Made by a program: the position numbers and the translations under genes. The notes beneath the pieces are model-generated. The model was not told the DNA's origin. It was given only the letters and a program-made list of their open reading frames with translations, and searched no databases. A DNA stretch of 64,000 nt from Tubulanus polymorphus (taxonomy: Eukaryota; Animalia; Nemertea). The stretch spans positions 7,812,001 through 7,876,000 of the forward strand of contig NC_134025.1 of the NCBI RefSeq assembly GCF_964204645.1, given 5' to 3'. Positions 29,301-54,506 of this stretch are shown one piece after another (positions within the stretch are counted from its first letter, which is position 1; the number at the start of each line of letters is the position of its first letter).

Positions 29301-29857
29301 AATGCAAATTCATACTAGCAATGGAATAAATGTGTCATAACATCGAAATCGTAGCTAATTTACATCTGGATATCGATAATTTCGTGTATATTGCTTCTTT
29401 AAACTATGACAACGGCAGCAACCATGCGTATGCTGCAAATTGCCATTTAATGTGACACGCAATGAGCCTACAACTCACCGGTGCGATGGCAACGCATTCT
29501 ATACGTAATTTCAACCCAGTCATTCTTACATCCTACAGGCGATATGGTCCAGTAATTTGTTTTAAAAAAAAAACAGTGATATATCTTACTTTCAGGCATG
29601 CCGGCGACGCCGCATAATGAAACAAAAGGACAGAGAATATATGGTTAGTATAGAATAATAATCGCAAATCGTAAGAACTGTACGACGCTGCTACCTAAGG
29701 TTTGTTGCTGTTAATCTGCATACTCTTCTTATAGGATAAAGTGAAAACGCAAGTGACCAAACAGCGTCGTCTGTTTCGACGACAGACGACACGTGAAATT
29801 AAGCGAGAAGACTCCACTCAGGTGATTACCACTAACAATGAATCGACGTGGCTGTAA
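14331..29857 (+). CDS. Cys-less (Pro-loop) pentameric ligand-gated ion channel subunit; first exon 14331-14537 (alt. 18789-18977); shared exons 25182-25319, 26894-27091, 27162-27419, 27567-27722, 28953-29147, 29596-29643, 29735-29857
   Basis: Motifs KIGEIDT, IWNPRIYIEN, LELNDFPFDVQDL (no flanking Cys), RRPAYFFWNIF-M1, NRLQLSFTLVLT-M2, LPKISYLTYLDKY-M3, M4; all introns phase 0. Confidence 0.9.
16902..18680 (-). mobile_element. Decayed DNA transposon related to the 12.1-13.9 kb element, with possible THAP-domain remnant
   Basis: 16902-16993 and ~17270-17357 align by eye to the foldback TIR; minus-strand RRWYIEKI...LYCTKH...DSIP resembles THAP. Right boundary uncertain. Confidence 0.45.
18789..18977 (+). 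CDS. Probable alternative first coding exon of the Cys-less channel
   Basis: ATG-opened 63-codon frame ending CAA|GTAAGT in phase 0, compatible with the acceptor at 25182. Confidence 0.6.
19213..19320. repeat. Imperfect ~50-bp tandem duplication
   Basis: GTTTCAGG(C/A)AGTT...GTTACATTACTT(T/C)A(A/G)G...GTTCACCTGTT occurs twice. Confidence 0.7.
19898..19946. repeat. 24-bp tandem duplication
   Basis: ACATTTAAACATCTAT(G/A)TGAGAAG x2. Confidence 0.8.
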
Positions 29858-31755
29858 AACGCTCTAATCCCAACCTTTTAGCACCAATTCTTGTTCTATC
29901 TATTGTTGCGTGTTGTGTCTTGACTTTTGAACACCCCTCCGAGTTATTTTTCCTCTGCACGGAGGCGACCATTTCCTGCTTTGCGCTAACGTATTCTTCT
30001 GGGATGATAACGTGCGTGTACGACGGATAACGTTCGTGTTTCCGATATTTGATACGATTCCGCTGATTCATTGTGTGATAAACTGGCCATAAATTGAAGA
30101 CTCGCAGATATCAAATCATGAATTACTGCTTCGTTCAGATACTTTCAATCTCAATCAGACTGGATACTAATCGTACAAAAGTCATCTTGAACTCTTAAGC
30201 TGCAAAACCCCGTATCATAACGTAAAATGTCCTAATTCGATAATTATTTCCAAGTTCCCTTTATCAAAGCTTAGTATCTACGTTAAGTTTGTAGTTGATA
30301 TTTCTTGCGCGACTGTGATAATGTATTTTTCTAGTCTCTGGAAGCATTGTTTTGTATTTGAAAAAAATGAATAGGTTATGCAAATGCTTTGTGAGTTCAG
30401 AAGTATAATGCTGTGCATTTTTGACGTATCATTTCGTAGATAAGACTGTGGTTGCTTTTGGTTGCTTCAAACTAATCACTAAATGAATGAATCGCTCACT
30501 GCATTTGGATTGCTCATTCTGTTGGAGTGACTTTATTGACAAAGTCAGTTCAACTGATTTTATGCGTTATCCTAACCGGCTTTCCTTTTACAAAATAATG
30601 CATTCGAAAATGTAATTATAGCGATATAGTAGACATAGAAACTCATTGTAGGTCATTTTAGCTTATTGGTTGGTGGACCCAAATGTTCCCCATAGAAAGC
30701 CTAGATATTCAGGTATTATGAATATATATAATAATCGATATCATGATTATAGGATTGTAATTATTCTATATCAAACTGCTGAACAGTGTTATGATATACA
30801 GTTAATGATTTTGTAATGTGATACTTTTCATATCTTGGATTATTTTAGATCCATGATTTGCATATTTTTTTTGAAGGGATGAAATGTGTTGTTCCGGTGG
30901 CGATCGTTGTAATAACTTTAAATGAAATACGTAAATTCTAATTCGAGGAGAACATGCCTAGTGTTTTATATTGTATTCAGCTGAAAATCGCTATTTGAAA
31001 TGCATATTTATGTTTATATATACGTTAACGCGAAAAGTATATAGTATGAATAAACAATTTTATAACGATTGTCATTTTCATAATCCTCGTCTCATTAACC
31101 TGAAATTGTGGTCTTCCATCACTAATTTCATCAAATATTTTACAGGGTCCGAGTGAATCCGTGGATTTGGGTGATGAGGAAAACCCGACGACGGAACCGT
31201 TATCAACGAATTTGTAGCTTAAGGTTTAGAATGATAAAAGGGCATTATACGTATTGAATATTATAACAATGCATTCGCAGTAAAATTTGCAATCAAAATT
31301 TAATTCATTTGATAACATCAATAATCATAATTTATTGCGGCGAAAAAGGATTTTTTGGATAAGATAAGATTTATATGTTATATCAAAATAAGTTAAGAGC
31401 TGCCAACTGTTCCTGATTTTCAGTATTTGTTACTATTTTATAACGAGAATTGCCGATTTGATTTGTTTGATGCGTACAGAAATATGAAAGATGGTACTGA
31501 TGGTCTTACTATTGGTTACTGATTAACCTGAACATTTTCTCTCATATCTCGATGAAATGTTACCGAAAAAAATTCAATTTGTTACTGGTAGCACTTTTCA
31601 GAGGTTGGGAGCCATGTTAATTGATTTGCCTTATATCGAAATGGAGGGTGTATAAATACTTAATGTATCAATGGACCTGGGCCATACGTTTTCAGTATCA
31701 ATCTTGTGTTCTCACATGATTAAGTCATTGTATTTTCTAACATATATAACTGATC

Positions 31756-31934
<179 letters not shown>

Positions 31935-33241
31935 TAGAAAGAGTAATGTTTTTCGTACTTGCCACATGGACATAGACTCGTGATTAATTCGTTCAATTCC
32001 GTGATTAATGATAAAATTCATCAATATACACGTTGTATTTATGTGGTATTCATATCATATCGTAACTGAGCGATTTATTTTCAAATGCGAAATCATAATA
32101 TAATGTATGCTATAATGCAAATCATGAGTCGAATTTTTTAAAATGTGTGATATTTTCTATTTGTTTCGTGTTTGAATAAAATTTAGGCCGTCTGCAATGA
32201 TATTCTTATCTTTTCTTACTTTACCCGGACGAACGGCAGAACGGTCGATGATTAATCAAATGTTTGAATGTGGTCTTTGTTGACGTACCGTTTTCACTAC
32301 AGAAAAACTTTTTTAAATCAAGATATATCCCTGAGAATTCTTCGTAACACGTTTTATATTTCACCTGATTCTTTTGTTTATCTACAAAAATTAATCATTT
32401 CAAAATATGAAGTCCCATCGAATTTGTTTTGGAATCCATGGTTTTATTGCGTTATCAAGATCTTGAACCCTGTGGAAAAGGCCTTGTAGTAATCTATAAA
32501 TAGTCCGAATTCACTTGAAATCAAATAGACAAACTGATGATTACACCGCTCGTTAGATGGAAGCACTAAGTTTGCACGCTTTTGTGTTTTCGCACCGCAA
32601 TTAATTGCGATAGGACTTATTTCTGGAGGTATTTCTTTGACGACATACTGTATAGCACTATAATAAACTACGTCGTTTTGAATGGGTGGCCTACATTACA
32701 TACAAAACACCACGAATGACAATTTGCTGTTGAGCGTTATTTCTTACGTCGTAGATTTTTCACGAACTTTAATTTAAACTTCCATTCGAAGAACATAAGA
32801 GACGTGTCTTTTTAGAGTACGTTTATGAAGTGGCGAATCACTGTAAGTAATCAATAATACAATTTTTTATAATCATGATATACCTTTGTATACGCAAGTC
32901 ATTTCGCTTTTAAGAAAGGATGTTAAAAGCAGGCTATAATTAGAAACACATGTAATCATGAGAAACCGCCTCATTGGAAGTACTGAAATTGACAAAAGAA
33001 TACTGTACAGTCGAAATACGCGTGATTCATGATACACGCTTTCGTACATTTCTATCGAGATCGTGACTTCGAAAGAATATCAGCTGGATTATGAAACAAA
33101 CATACAGATTGATACAGTTGTTTTGAGTCCGACGCAACTTTCCAATATACGGTATTTGCGTTATCTATCAAATTCCAGCAAATTCCTATTGAGACACAGG
33201 CACACGCCTTGACGTAATCAGACGGATTTTATGTAATCAGG

Positions 33242-38785
<5,544 letters not shown>

Positions 38786-41700
38786 CATATTCATGCACTG
38801 GATTGTTTGAATTATTATAACAGGATTCCCACGTCCGTCCACAATGAACAATGCACCAAAAGGAGATTAATTCACATATTTTTGGAAAAGGTCATATTAA
38901 TTTTGTATTCAATTGCCAAAACATTTATAGCTCTTAAAATGTATAAAAGGTATCACATCGTATGTATCACATTTAGTACTTTTCAGAGTCATATTTTCGT
39001 CAGAAAGATATGTTGCTTTTAGCAGCTATGTTTTAATCTCATTATGTGAAACTTTCTACACGTTTGTCTATATTACATCAAAAATACAATCTTTTTGAAG
39101 TTTTAATGATGATTTTAGGTATTGAACAAATGTACACGTAAAACACATATCGTATTATCTTTGTAATCGTTGATGTATATATTGATGTTAAAAATCCATT
39201 TACACGTTACCGGTTGTTTTAGTTGTTATTTTTATTTGTCTATTTTTACAAGTCTATTCCGAGGAAATACTTGAAGTTATCCCCTGTATGCAAATGAAAA
39301 TAATCACGCTAACGAGCTCCCGTGATCAAGCTGAATGTGTTCTTTCTAATGGTAAATCGCTAAAATTGCAAACATTAGAAGATGCCGAGGGTGAAATTAA
39401 ACCCCTTAGAAAAGAACGTCCATGCACGTTAAATCAAAGCCATGCTTGGAGCAATCATTTGACAGACAGTAAAATGTTCAAAGAGACATCGAATTATACA
39501 ATCAGATAACTGACTTACTGATTTATCTATCTAAACGGCATCAGACTATATTCTATCAGCATTTTTACACCTCGTGGGACATGCAGAATCCATTACTTCT
39601 GTAATTAATACTTTTTATAATTCTTCCACATTCATTACCCAATTTTTAAAAGCTTTTTTACACTTTCCGTATTATTGTTTTCTGAATGAAATCGAGCAAT
39701 GCACAAAACTGTACTTGACCTGAAAGCGAAGTACTGAGTTGTATATTAGGGTAGATCCTACCACAATCGTCAACACTGAAACGTATTCTAGACCAAACCT
39801 GCAATAAGCGTATGTGTGGTGAAATATGGTAAAACGGCAGGCAAGGTAACGTTGATACTTTAGACGGATTGTCTGTGGTATTCATTTTTGTGGCCCTGAA
39901 AATAGGATTACTTCCGAATTCACTTATTCTGAAATCATCGACAAGCTAAGGTAAGTTAATTCTTATCATTCTTTTCGGTCAATTTAACGTCATGTTTGTT
40001 TAAAAGTTTTCAAATCCGAGGGAGTTTCACAGTTGATTCAATAGCTAAGATTCATGTCAATACTACAAAGTCATTGGTGATCGACTGAAAATATCTCTAC
40101 CCCCGGTACTCTGAAATAAAGCCACACGACGCTGACCACCTTTTCTTGTTTTCCTTGGGTGGTTCACTACTGTAGTAGGAACGTTGTTCTTGTTCGGCTA
40201 ATAACATTTTGCGATTACAATTACACTACTTACTTGTATATACATGTATATATTGCAATTCCAAAGTTTCGTTCAGTCTGTTACAAGAATTGTAGGACCC
40301 GTTTTATCTTTCGCAATATCTACATTATGGATATATTTCATTACCGCAACCCCAATGCTTAGCATATTATTAGGTGATAAACTGGAGTGGTGAGTACTGA
40401 AGATTTTGGCAAACTACCATAAGGCGTATTGCTGCTGTATATATATACAGATTTAAGTTTAAATTGTACCGTCATATTCAGCGGTTGGATTAAGTAGGTT
40501 ATTTAATCAGCGTTTTGAGTTTGTTTTTGAACTAATGAGAAGTTTCATTGAGGAAACTAGTTGAGAAATTAGTTTTATTTATACGTTCAGTTAATTACCT
40601 GATCAGCAGGTAACGACAATGAGTAATCACCGAGTCTATGGAGACGAGCACTTATTGACTCCATCCATACTTATACTTAAAACGTGCGTGCATAGAACTA
40701 CCAATTCCCCGGTATCCTAAAATCAAAATACTTCTATCGGGACTCAGTGGATTATACCGATCTAAAAGAGGTATAGATTCTTTGTATTTATATCAAATCA
40801 ATATCTTTATGTATATCTTCACGTTTTTCAAGTTTTTATTACTTATCGCGGTAGTCGCAGTGCAGCGGCAAGGCCAACAGGTTCCAATCACTGTGACTCG
40901 AGATAAAGCCCACACATATTCAGCTATTCATACACAATACCGTATTTCAAAAACCCATTTGTTTTCCATACGCGTAATGATACAGGGAAATAATACGTAC
41001 GCACGTGATAAGCAAATGGGAAAGCCAAGATCCGATTTAGATGCTCCACCACTATTGAAACTGGTAAATACCATAACATACTAAAGGGCGATCTCCTATG
41101 TACCAAATGTAGCATAAACAAAATTGGTGAAGAATTCCATTTATGTTCTGGAATCGAATTACTTTTTTTACAACAGAAAATAAGTCGGAAATACTTTTCG
41201 GAATTGCGTAATTTGTATATACACAAATTTTCACGGTAAACCCAATTCACAAATCAAGTAAATCATTTCATTCAAACGATAGAAATGTGTTAAAAAACTT
41301 GCAGTTTATGTTAGAATGTGCAGGACTATCTAAATTGTATATCTTTCCATGTATTAACTTTTTGTGCTCGAAAAATCATGTATAATATAGAGCAATAAAA
41401 TACAATCTAACAATCTAAGAATGTGGCTTTTTAAAATCCCAAATGCCATATTTGAATCATTAAAGATTTATACTCTGTTAGTTAATCATACGAAGCCCCA
41501 TTTATAAGACAATTTCCCTCAGACTTAAAAACTTGAGTTGTGAGAGGTCAATGCCGCATGAAAATGTATTTTCTCGTCAAACCAGATTGTGATTGAACAA
41601 TGGGGTTCCTGTTTTCTAGAATCTTATTATCCAAGTCAATATATGTATTTTTGCTAAGCGGGTCATGAAAAAGTCTTAGATTCTATAGCCCATAAAACAT

Positions 41701-41942
41701 TCTATCAGACGGTGTTGAAATTCTGTCATATTAAGATTATAAAAAATATCATGAATTCAAAAATACGTACGTTCGTGCGATTCTAGTTAAATTCATAAAC
41801 TTTTACAATCTCTTGTTTGAACAATTGATACTAAAACAACTTATCTGCGTTTATTCTAATCTAACCAGGCTAAATTATCAGGTTTCATAGACTGCGTGTA
41901 TATATATATCGACCTTTTTAGCCCGTAATTCAAAAACATACA

Positions 41943-42080
41943 AGTCCAGTTGCACAGTCGTGACTTAAGTCCAAAAGTGGTCTTCACTCTTAAGGCTGGT
42001 CTTAAGTTGTTAGACTGTCTATAGAACTGATTTGGTCTGAGACAGGTCTTAAGTCTAAGCCATTACTATGCAACCGGATC
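41943..42080. mobile_element. Short MITE with imperfect TIRs (Harbinger-like)
   Basis: Left GTCCAGTTGCACAGTCGTGACTTA vs reverse complement of right end ATCCGGTTGCATAGTAATGGCTTA; internal CTTAAG repeats. Confidence 0.5.
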
Positions 42081-42483
42081 CTAGGGTTTTAATCAAAGAA
42101 ACTTTCAAAACTCCCCCTGACATACTAAAAAGGGACTTTCGCGGAAAAGAACACGCATCATTGACGTCATTTTCTAATATGACACCGAAAGTGAAAAGTC
42201 CCCATGTGGCCATTTGCCAAGTCACCAGTATCCAGACTGTAGCGCCAACAAGTATGTCAAAACAATTCCGCCTAACTAGATAACCAGCATTTTATTACCG
42301 ATCCTGTTCAAATTGTTCGGATAAAGCTGTATGGTTTGTTTGCATACTATGCATTACGGACGTTGGGACAAAGGTTGTTAAACACTTTCTGTATTTTCGT
42401 ATTATCGCAGGGATGTAGTCACTTGGGAGTTCATGTAGAAAAACTCTTTCTAAATCCGTTCATTTGGTCATTCGAATCGCGTG

Positions 42484-48329
<5,846 letters not shown>

Positions 48330-49067
48330 CAGTTCAAAACTCATACCACATGGCTAAATCGTTCCAAGCGATATTAGTTACCAATAATGATTCCAGCTTT
48401 GTAAATAAGATTTTATTTTGTTGTATTGTTCCATTGTAAATATTCCATTTCATGCAATATCATTGTCAATTTGTCACATTTAACTTGTCAAAATAAGTGC
48501 CTTAACAGACACTGCATAGTTGTCTCATGTATACGTTAATATTGCGATAATTATTGTTTCGAATGGGTTGAAACGATAAACAGTTATTATAGATGAGTGA
48601 ATAGCAAATGAAATAAAGACGACCCATTTTTAATCTATGTACATCTAAGGTTGAAATAAGATATATATTAGTATCAAAAAATGAAAATGTTCTTGATTAT
48701 CGATATAAATGGACGGCCTAAATCATTTGTTCAGGAATCGCCGATTCACAGCCGGTATCGGTCGGGACGCAAGCATGAATTAACCCTTCGCCTTCATTGC
48801 GTATGAACCCTCTTGTCCATTCGTTTCCTCATTCTTTGAATGCTTTCACTGTTGTACCAGTACAGACTGAATGACTTCGGCGGTTGTGACCGCGTGTTCT
48901 AAATATTTATTGAACAACCACGCGCTGGAAGCAAAAAACACGAGACTTCCGAAATTGTCTAATGCCATAGTCATGTTCTGACGCAATATTCTAAATCCCA
49001 CGCGGGTTGCAACCAAACCTAATCATAAGTCGGCAGACTCTACTGGGAAGTTTGAATCAAAACAAAG

Positions 49068-52000
49068 ATGATTTCTACATTGTTACTTCTCATGATCGTA
49101 GGATATATACAGGTAGGTAAATTTAGATCATCTTGCATTTTGAGATTGAGATTTTGCACCAAGAGAAAAAAGATTTATACGCACAGCTAGGACTTAAGTT
49201 TCGACGACATTTTTATTTTTCTGTTAGCTACAGAATGACTTATCAGTGTGATGCTATTTTCAAATGTGCTACTGATGTCTGGAAAATGAAGTATATATAC
49301 CCATTATTCAGTGCAGCAAACAATACGTAGACGATAAAAGTGTGATATGTGTAAGATAAAAATTCACGCTGAAAACCATATCTAAAACGAAAATGCTACC
49401 TTCTCCAAGGACTTTACCATTTGTAACGATGATATGAGTTGCTTATTGAGTATAAGGAGTGCAAATTTAACTCTGAATTATATAGCTTTCTCTAAAAAAT
49501 GGCCACCCTAAACAATCTCTAGAGCTACATACGATATACAAATTCTGAATCCATATTTAGTAACTAGAACACAAAGGAAACGCGTTAATTGTAATGTTAT
49601 CATTACGAGGCTTTATTGATATTAAACACTTCTGGTATCCTATAGCCTTCGAAGCGATAAGGAATTACTAAGGATCATTTCGCAAACATGCGTTCACGTC
49701 GTGCGGTTAGAATTTAAGTATGGATCGGACGGTGTTGAAACACGAGTTTTTGCTCGAAATAGGTTACTTCCGACAGTAGACGTCACGATAAATTAAGCTA
49801 ATTAGGAAGTCTAAGTTATCATTCTCAAATAAATTTGTGTATTTGCTGATGAGGTCTACTATACCTCCTTACCATCGGACATTTTTTTTTTATTTGTGTA
49901 CATACAACCCAAATGGCATTTACCATTTAAACGAGGTATCAGCTCAGTCTCAGATACGTTTGTTCATTTATTTCAGTATTCAAAAGGAGGAGCGTTGATC
50001 GAGTTATCAACGACTGACGTATCTAGACAAATAGACATCCTAAACGTCCATGTTTTGAATGATCGAATCCAAAAGAAATTCTCGTTTGATTTTAGGACAG
50101 ACAAAAACCTCAAATTCGTAAAAAATATCCGAGTCCAGGTTAAGTATTTGTTTGATTTCAAAGGAAACTTGTAATATACTCTTGTAATATACGGGAACAC
50201 AATTTACTAAGGCATTCGCATTCATTTCCCAGAATATTCGAAAAACAACGCTATATTTGGGGGTTTACACGAATGACGGTGAACGGAATTTTGATCAACT
50301 TCATATCAACACAGCAACCAAGAAGAAATCGGCTTGGACAGTTTGTCACGGAGAAAAACTTCACCAGATATGTTTCAGGCTTCATATGACTGTATCCTGT
50401 GCGAATAATTACTTTGGCCCGTTATGTGAAAACTACTGCGCACTGAATCAGTTTGAGATTGGTAATTTTTTCTGTGACGAAAATGGTATCAAAATGTGTA
50501 TCCCGAGTCGTACAGGTCATGGTTGCCGACAGAGGGGTAGGTCGTAAAACAAAAATAGGGGGATTGATGTTTAATCGTAATTCTGTCATATCACGCCACG
50601 AAAAGATTTCTAATATCTTTCGTTCCGTTATAGTATTCATTAACAAAGCGCTGGCGCAAACATTTTTGACATCGCAGCGACGTCGCGTAAAGCGGAAGAA
50701 CTCGATATTTCGAACTGAAGAACGACTCCCAGGAAACTTACAGCGCGAATGTATCGAAGAGACATGTTCGTGGGAAGAAGCCTTCGAAGCGTTGGAGAAT
50801 GTGGAACTTACGGTAAAATTAGGGGAGGTTGCAGGGTGATCTATTTGAACTATTGAGAACTCTAACATATTCTCCCCTAAACTATAACATAAACAAATAG
50901 GCCTACGTAGGACTCGATAGCAAATATTAGATTGATAGAATCAAACAGCGCTTTTTCATTCTTTTCTTCAGCATGAATTTTTCCGTCGAAAGAATGGTAA
51001 GTATCTTATGTATCGTACATGTAATTGAATATAGAAAATCAGTAATTCCTTGGTATAATAATATCATCCTCCCGGCATGTACCTGCGCACCTGGTCTAGT
51101 GTGGAAGGATTTCGTGCCGTGGCTGAGTGTAGCGATGCCATCAGGCTCGAATCCCTGCCAGGAAGGATGTGTATTTCTTTATATTTTGACGTAGATATAA
51201 ACGATTGCCTTGCCCATCCGTGCAATTTAACCAATACGCAGAAATGCGAAGATCTGTACAAGGATTTCGAGTGCATTTGTAGAGATGGCTTTACCGGCGA
51301 ACGATGTAGTATAAAAGGTAAGTCGCGAAACAGACCTGGAGACATGGATAATTGTTTGATATACATATATCATATCGTTGATATAACCTTTTCCTAGTAA
51401 ACACAAATCGCTGTGAAAATGGTGGCACCTGCCTCGCGAGTAGCGTCCTTGGAGAACCGTGTAGTTGTGTCTGTGCTGACGGTAAGTTACGCAAATTATC
51501 ATTTAGATTTTCTTGGTTTTTCAAAGAAATCATGTGAATTTTAAAGAATCAATCAACAAGCAGGACAAATTGGTGGAAAAGCCTAATAGATGTATGCGTT
51601 ATATATTCAAGGATTTACCGGCGCACAGTGCGAAAGGATTGTTTTAAGAAATAAGTGCTCACCAAACCCATGCCAGCATTTTGGCCAATGTATCGACGGA
51701 ATCGACAAATATAGGTATTAGATTGAAAAATAGCATTGCATCCATAAACACGTTGAATATACTCACGCTGGTAAACTATAAGCATCATGTTGAATATACT
51801 CACGCTGGTATATACAGGTGTGAATGTCTGCCTGGGTACGGAGGTATCAACTGCGAGGTATCGGATGGTCAAGTTATGGAACCGCAAGAAATGACAGAAC
51901 AGTCCTCTAGAAACACATTTTCTCGTCTGAGATTCCAACAGGAGGACGCCGCCATTCTTCGATTTGGTAACTGTAACTTATCTATGACACGATATAAAAG

Positions 52001-54421
52001 ATTCTATTGCGTTAGATATATAGATACATAATATGTCCATCCTTTGAATAGCTTCTGCGCCGATACGATCAGACGAGGCCGAATCAGTCGCAGCTTTATA
52101 TCGAACGAAAGATTGTCGCATGGCTCAATGCAGAAACTCCGGATCGTGTCAATTGAATAATCTCACTTCGGAATACCGGTGTATCTGTCCGTAAGAATTT
52201 TGTTGCATTTCCAGTATTACCGCTGTAGATAGTCCACTGTTTGAAAATATTTCAGTAATTTGTGTAAATTCTAAACATCGTAATGGCGCAAGATATATTC
52301 ATTTACTTTGTAGGTCACCGTTCTCCGGGGATTTCTGTGACCAAATGGATGCAGATGCTAACAATGATGACGGTAAGTTACTAGAAACTATATGATATTA
52401 CGCATGTAGGAATAACCAGGAATATCCAGTGCACTGAACTCTATATTTGAAGGTGTAGATATTAGTCACAATAATTTCACGGATGCTTGCAAAAACCGAA
52501 CAGATAACTGTCAAAATAACGGAACTTGTTACACGTACGAAGAAAATAAGATTGCGTGTTTGTGCACAACTGGGTTCATCGGAAATTACTGCGAATTTGG
52601 TGAGACTGACATGTATTTTATCAGGCCCAAACTACTGACTTTTGAATGAAAATCTAAAACAATACTATTTTGTTAGCGATCGACTTCTGCGAGGGTTACC
52701 CACTTCCAAATCTAGCCGAAAAACTTTGTGGTAAAAACGGACGATGTGTCAACTCTCCTACTGGCTATTCGTGCCGATGTAACCGAGGTTTTGCCGGACC
52801 TAACTGTAACGAAGGTAACGATCTGATCAGCTTTGTTCTTACATCTTATCCGTGCACTGAATTCACAGTCACATTATATACACATCGCTCTTCCTAGATA
52901 TATCTGATGATCCGTGTAAAATGAACCCGAAAGCAAATTTCACATGGATGAACGGCTGCAACAAGTGTTGGTGTAAATTAGGAGTAGGATACTGTTCAAA
53001 TGTAAGTCAAATAGGTTTGATAGCCGGTGTTATTCATATTTACCACATCCATGATGAAATAATGAATCTATTTAAAGCAATGGTGTGGCCCTTCGTCTTG
53101 CAAGATTTCGCAGGATTGTTCGAGCGAGGAGGTGTGCCAGGTGTCTGGTAAATCTTCGTGTCTGGTACAGCCATGCGACACAACCGAGACATGTCAATCC
53201 AGGTTAATGACCCAATGTAGCACGTCTATGCAACATTCTGTCCTTGACTGCGTCGTGCGGCGTGGAATCCTTGACGTATCAAAAGAACCGAAGGTTATTA
53301 CGTTGATTGACTTGAGATCTGAGTTAACCTGAATTCTTTATCATGCCCAGAATTAATTTTCGGTTGTGATTTCCAGGGTACAGACCTTGAAACATGTTGT
53401 CGGGAATTCCGAAAACTGCCGCTGATGTTTGAATATTCGTTAGAATCGTCATTGAGCCTGCGATGTGAGGCCGGATCTTTTAGGTCGACAGATGAACCAC
53501 GAACAGTAGAGATATATCTGACAATGGTATTGTATCCCACGCATTTCTTTTTCATGTTTAATGTAACGTCATTCTCCTTATGGAAAGAAATACGTTAGAT
53601 AATAAATCAAATCTTTATGTCTTGGTAGGAAAGTAATCGAGGAACAACAAACGCATTCTACGCAATGGAAAAACTTGCTGAACATCTTCGGGAAAATAAT
53701 ACGAATGCGTGCTCCAATTTAATCTTCGCTACTTCCACAGCAAGTAATGATGCCCCGAAGACGGCAGGTATGTATATTGCAAAACATCTGCTAAAAGTGG
53801 TTTTCAACTTGGCCGGTGTAACTATTTGGAGGCGATGGCAAACGCTTTGTAGGGAAGGCAGATATAAATTATAACTTATGACTGTTTTTCGGATAGTTAA
53901 AATATTTTATTGGAAAAGCATTTATGATAATATTTTTAGGCTCATCGAACGCTTGGATCATTGCAATAACCACACTAGTGTGTCTGACTATAATCGTCCT
54001 GATCGTTGTATTCGCACTGTACATTAAACATAAGGCTAGGAAGAGAACAGCTGTCATGGTAAGACATCGCGAATTCTCACGACGGTCGAGATGCGGAAAT
54101 GATCTACAGGATTACAACCGGAAAAGTTATATATCCCTCGGAGAAGGGTCGCATCACGGCGCGTTGGTGAATCCGGCACACGGCGACAAAGATTCGGGAC
54201 ATTCGACGTGCGAGGATAACCAGGAGGAGACGGCCATGACGACAAAACCTGAGATTCCCATTCTACAGAAAGTCGAATTACGGAGAGCGCTGTCAAGGGT
54301 GTCATATGTCGATGAGCTTATGGACCGCATCCACTCACAAGAACCAGAAGATATTCAACTACCGCTCGAAACAACGAAACCCGCGGAAAAAGCACCCATT
54401 TCAATGATTGACCAAATTTAG
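49068..54421 (+). CDS. Gla-Jagged-like gene C: signal peptide, C2-like, DSL, propeptide+Gla, ~6 EGF, Jagged-type VWC and juxtamembrane domain, TM, tail
   Basis: Exons 49068-49112, 49977-50138, 50233-50536 (DSL: VSCANNYFGPLCENYC), 50634-50812 (FINKALAQTFL...RRVKR/KNSIFRTEERLPGNLQRECIEETCSWEEAFE), 50972-50996 (HEFFRRKN); later WMNGCNKCWCKLGVGYCSNQWCGP and GTDLETCCREFRKL as in Jagged; TM WIIAITTLVCLTIIVLIVVFALYI. Confidence 0.88.
51065..51169 (+). other. GC-rich intronic insert with complementary ends and tRNA-like A/B boxes (SINE-head remnant or structured RNA)
   Basis: CATCCTCCCGGCA pairs with TGCCAGGAAGGATG; TGGCTGAGTG and GGCTCGAATCCC inside. Confidence 0.35.
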
Positions 54422-54506
54422 ATCAAACAAATCTTTTATTTCAATTGATAATACCGCTACGTTCAATATTTCATAGCATCCCCGGGATTAAAACATCTAT
54501 AGATAG

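Noticed and set aside
51750-51812. 22-bp direct repeat GTTGAATATACTCACGCTGGTA
   Set aside because: Only two copies in an intron; a local duplication, not an array or CRISPR.
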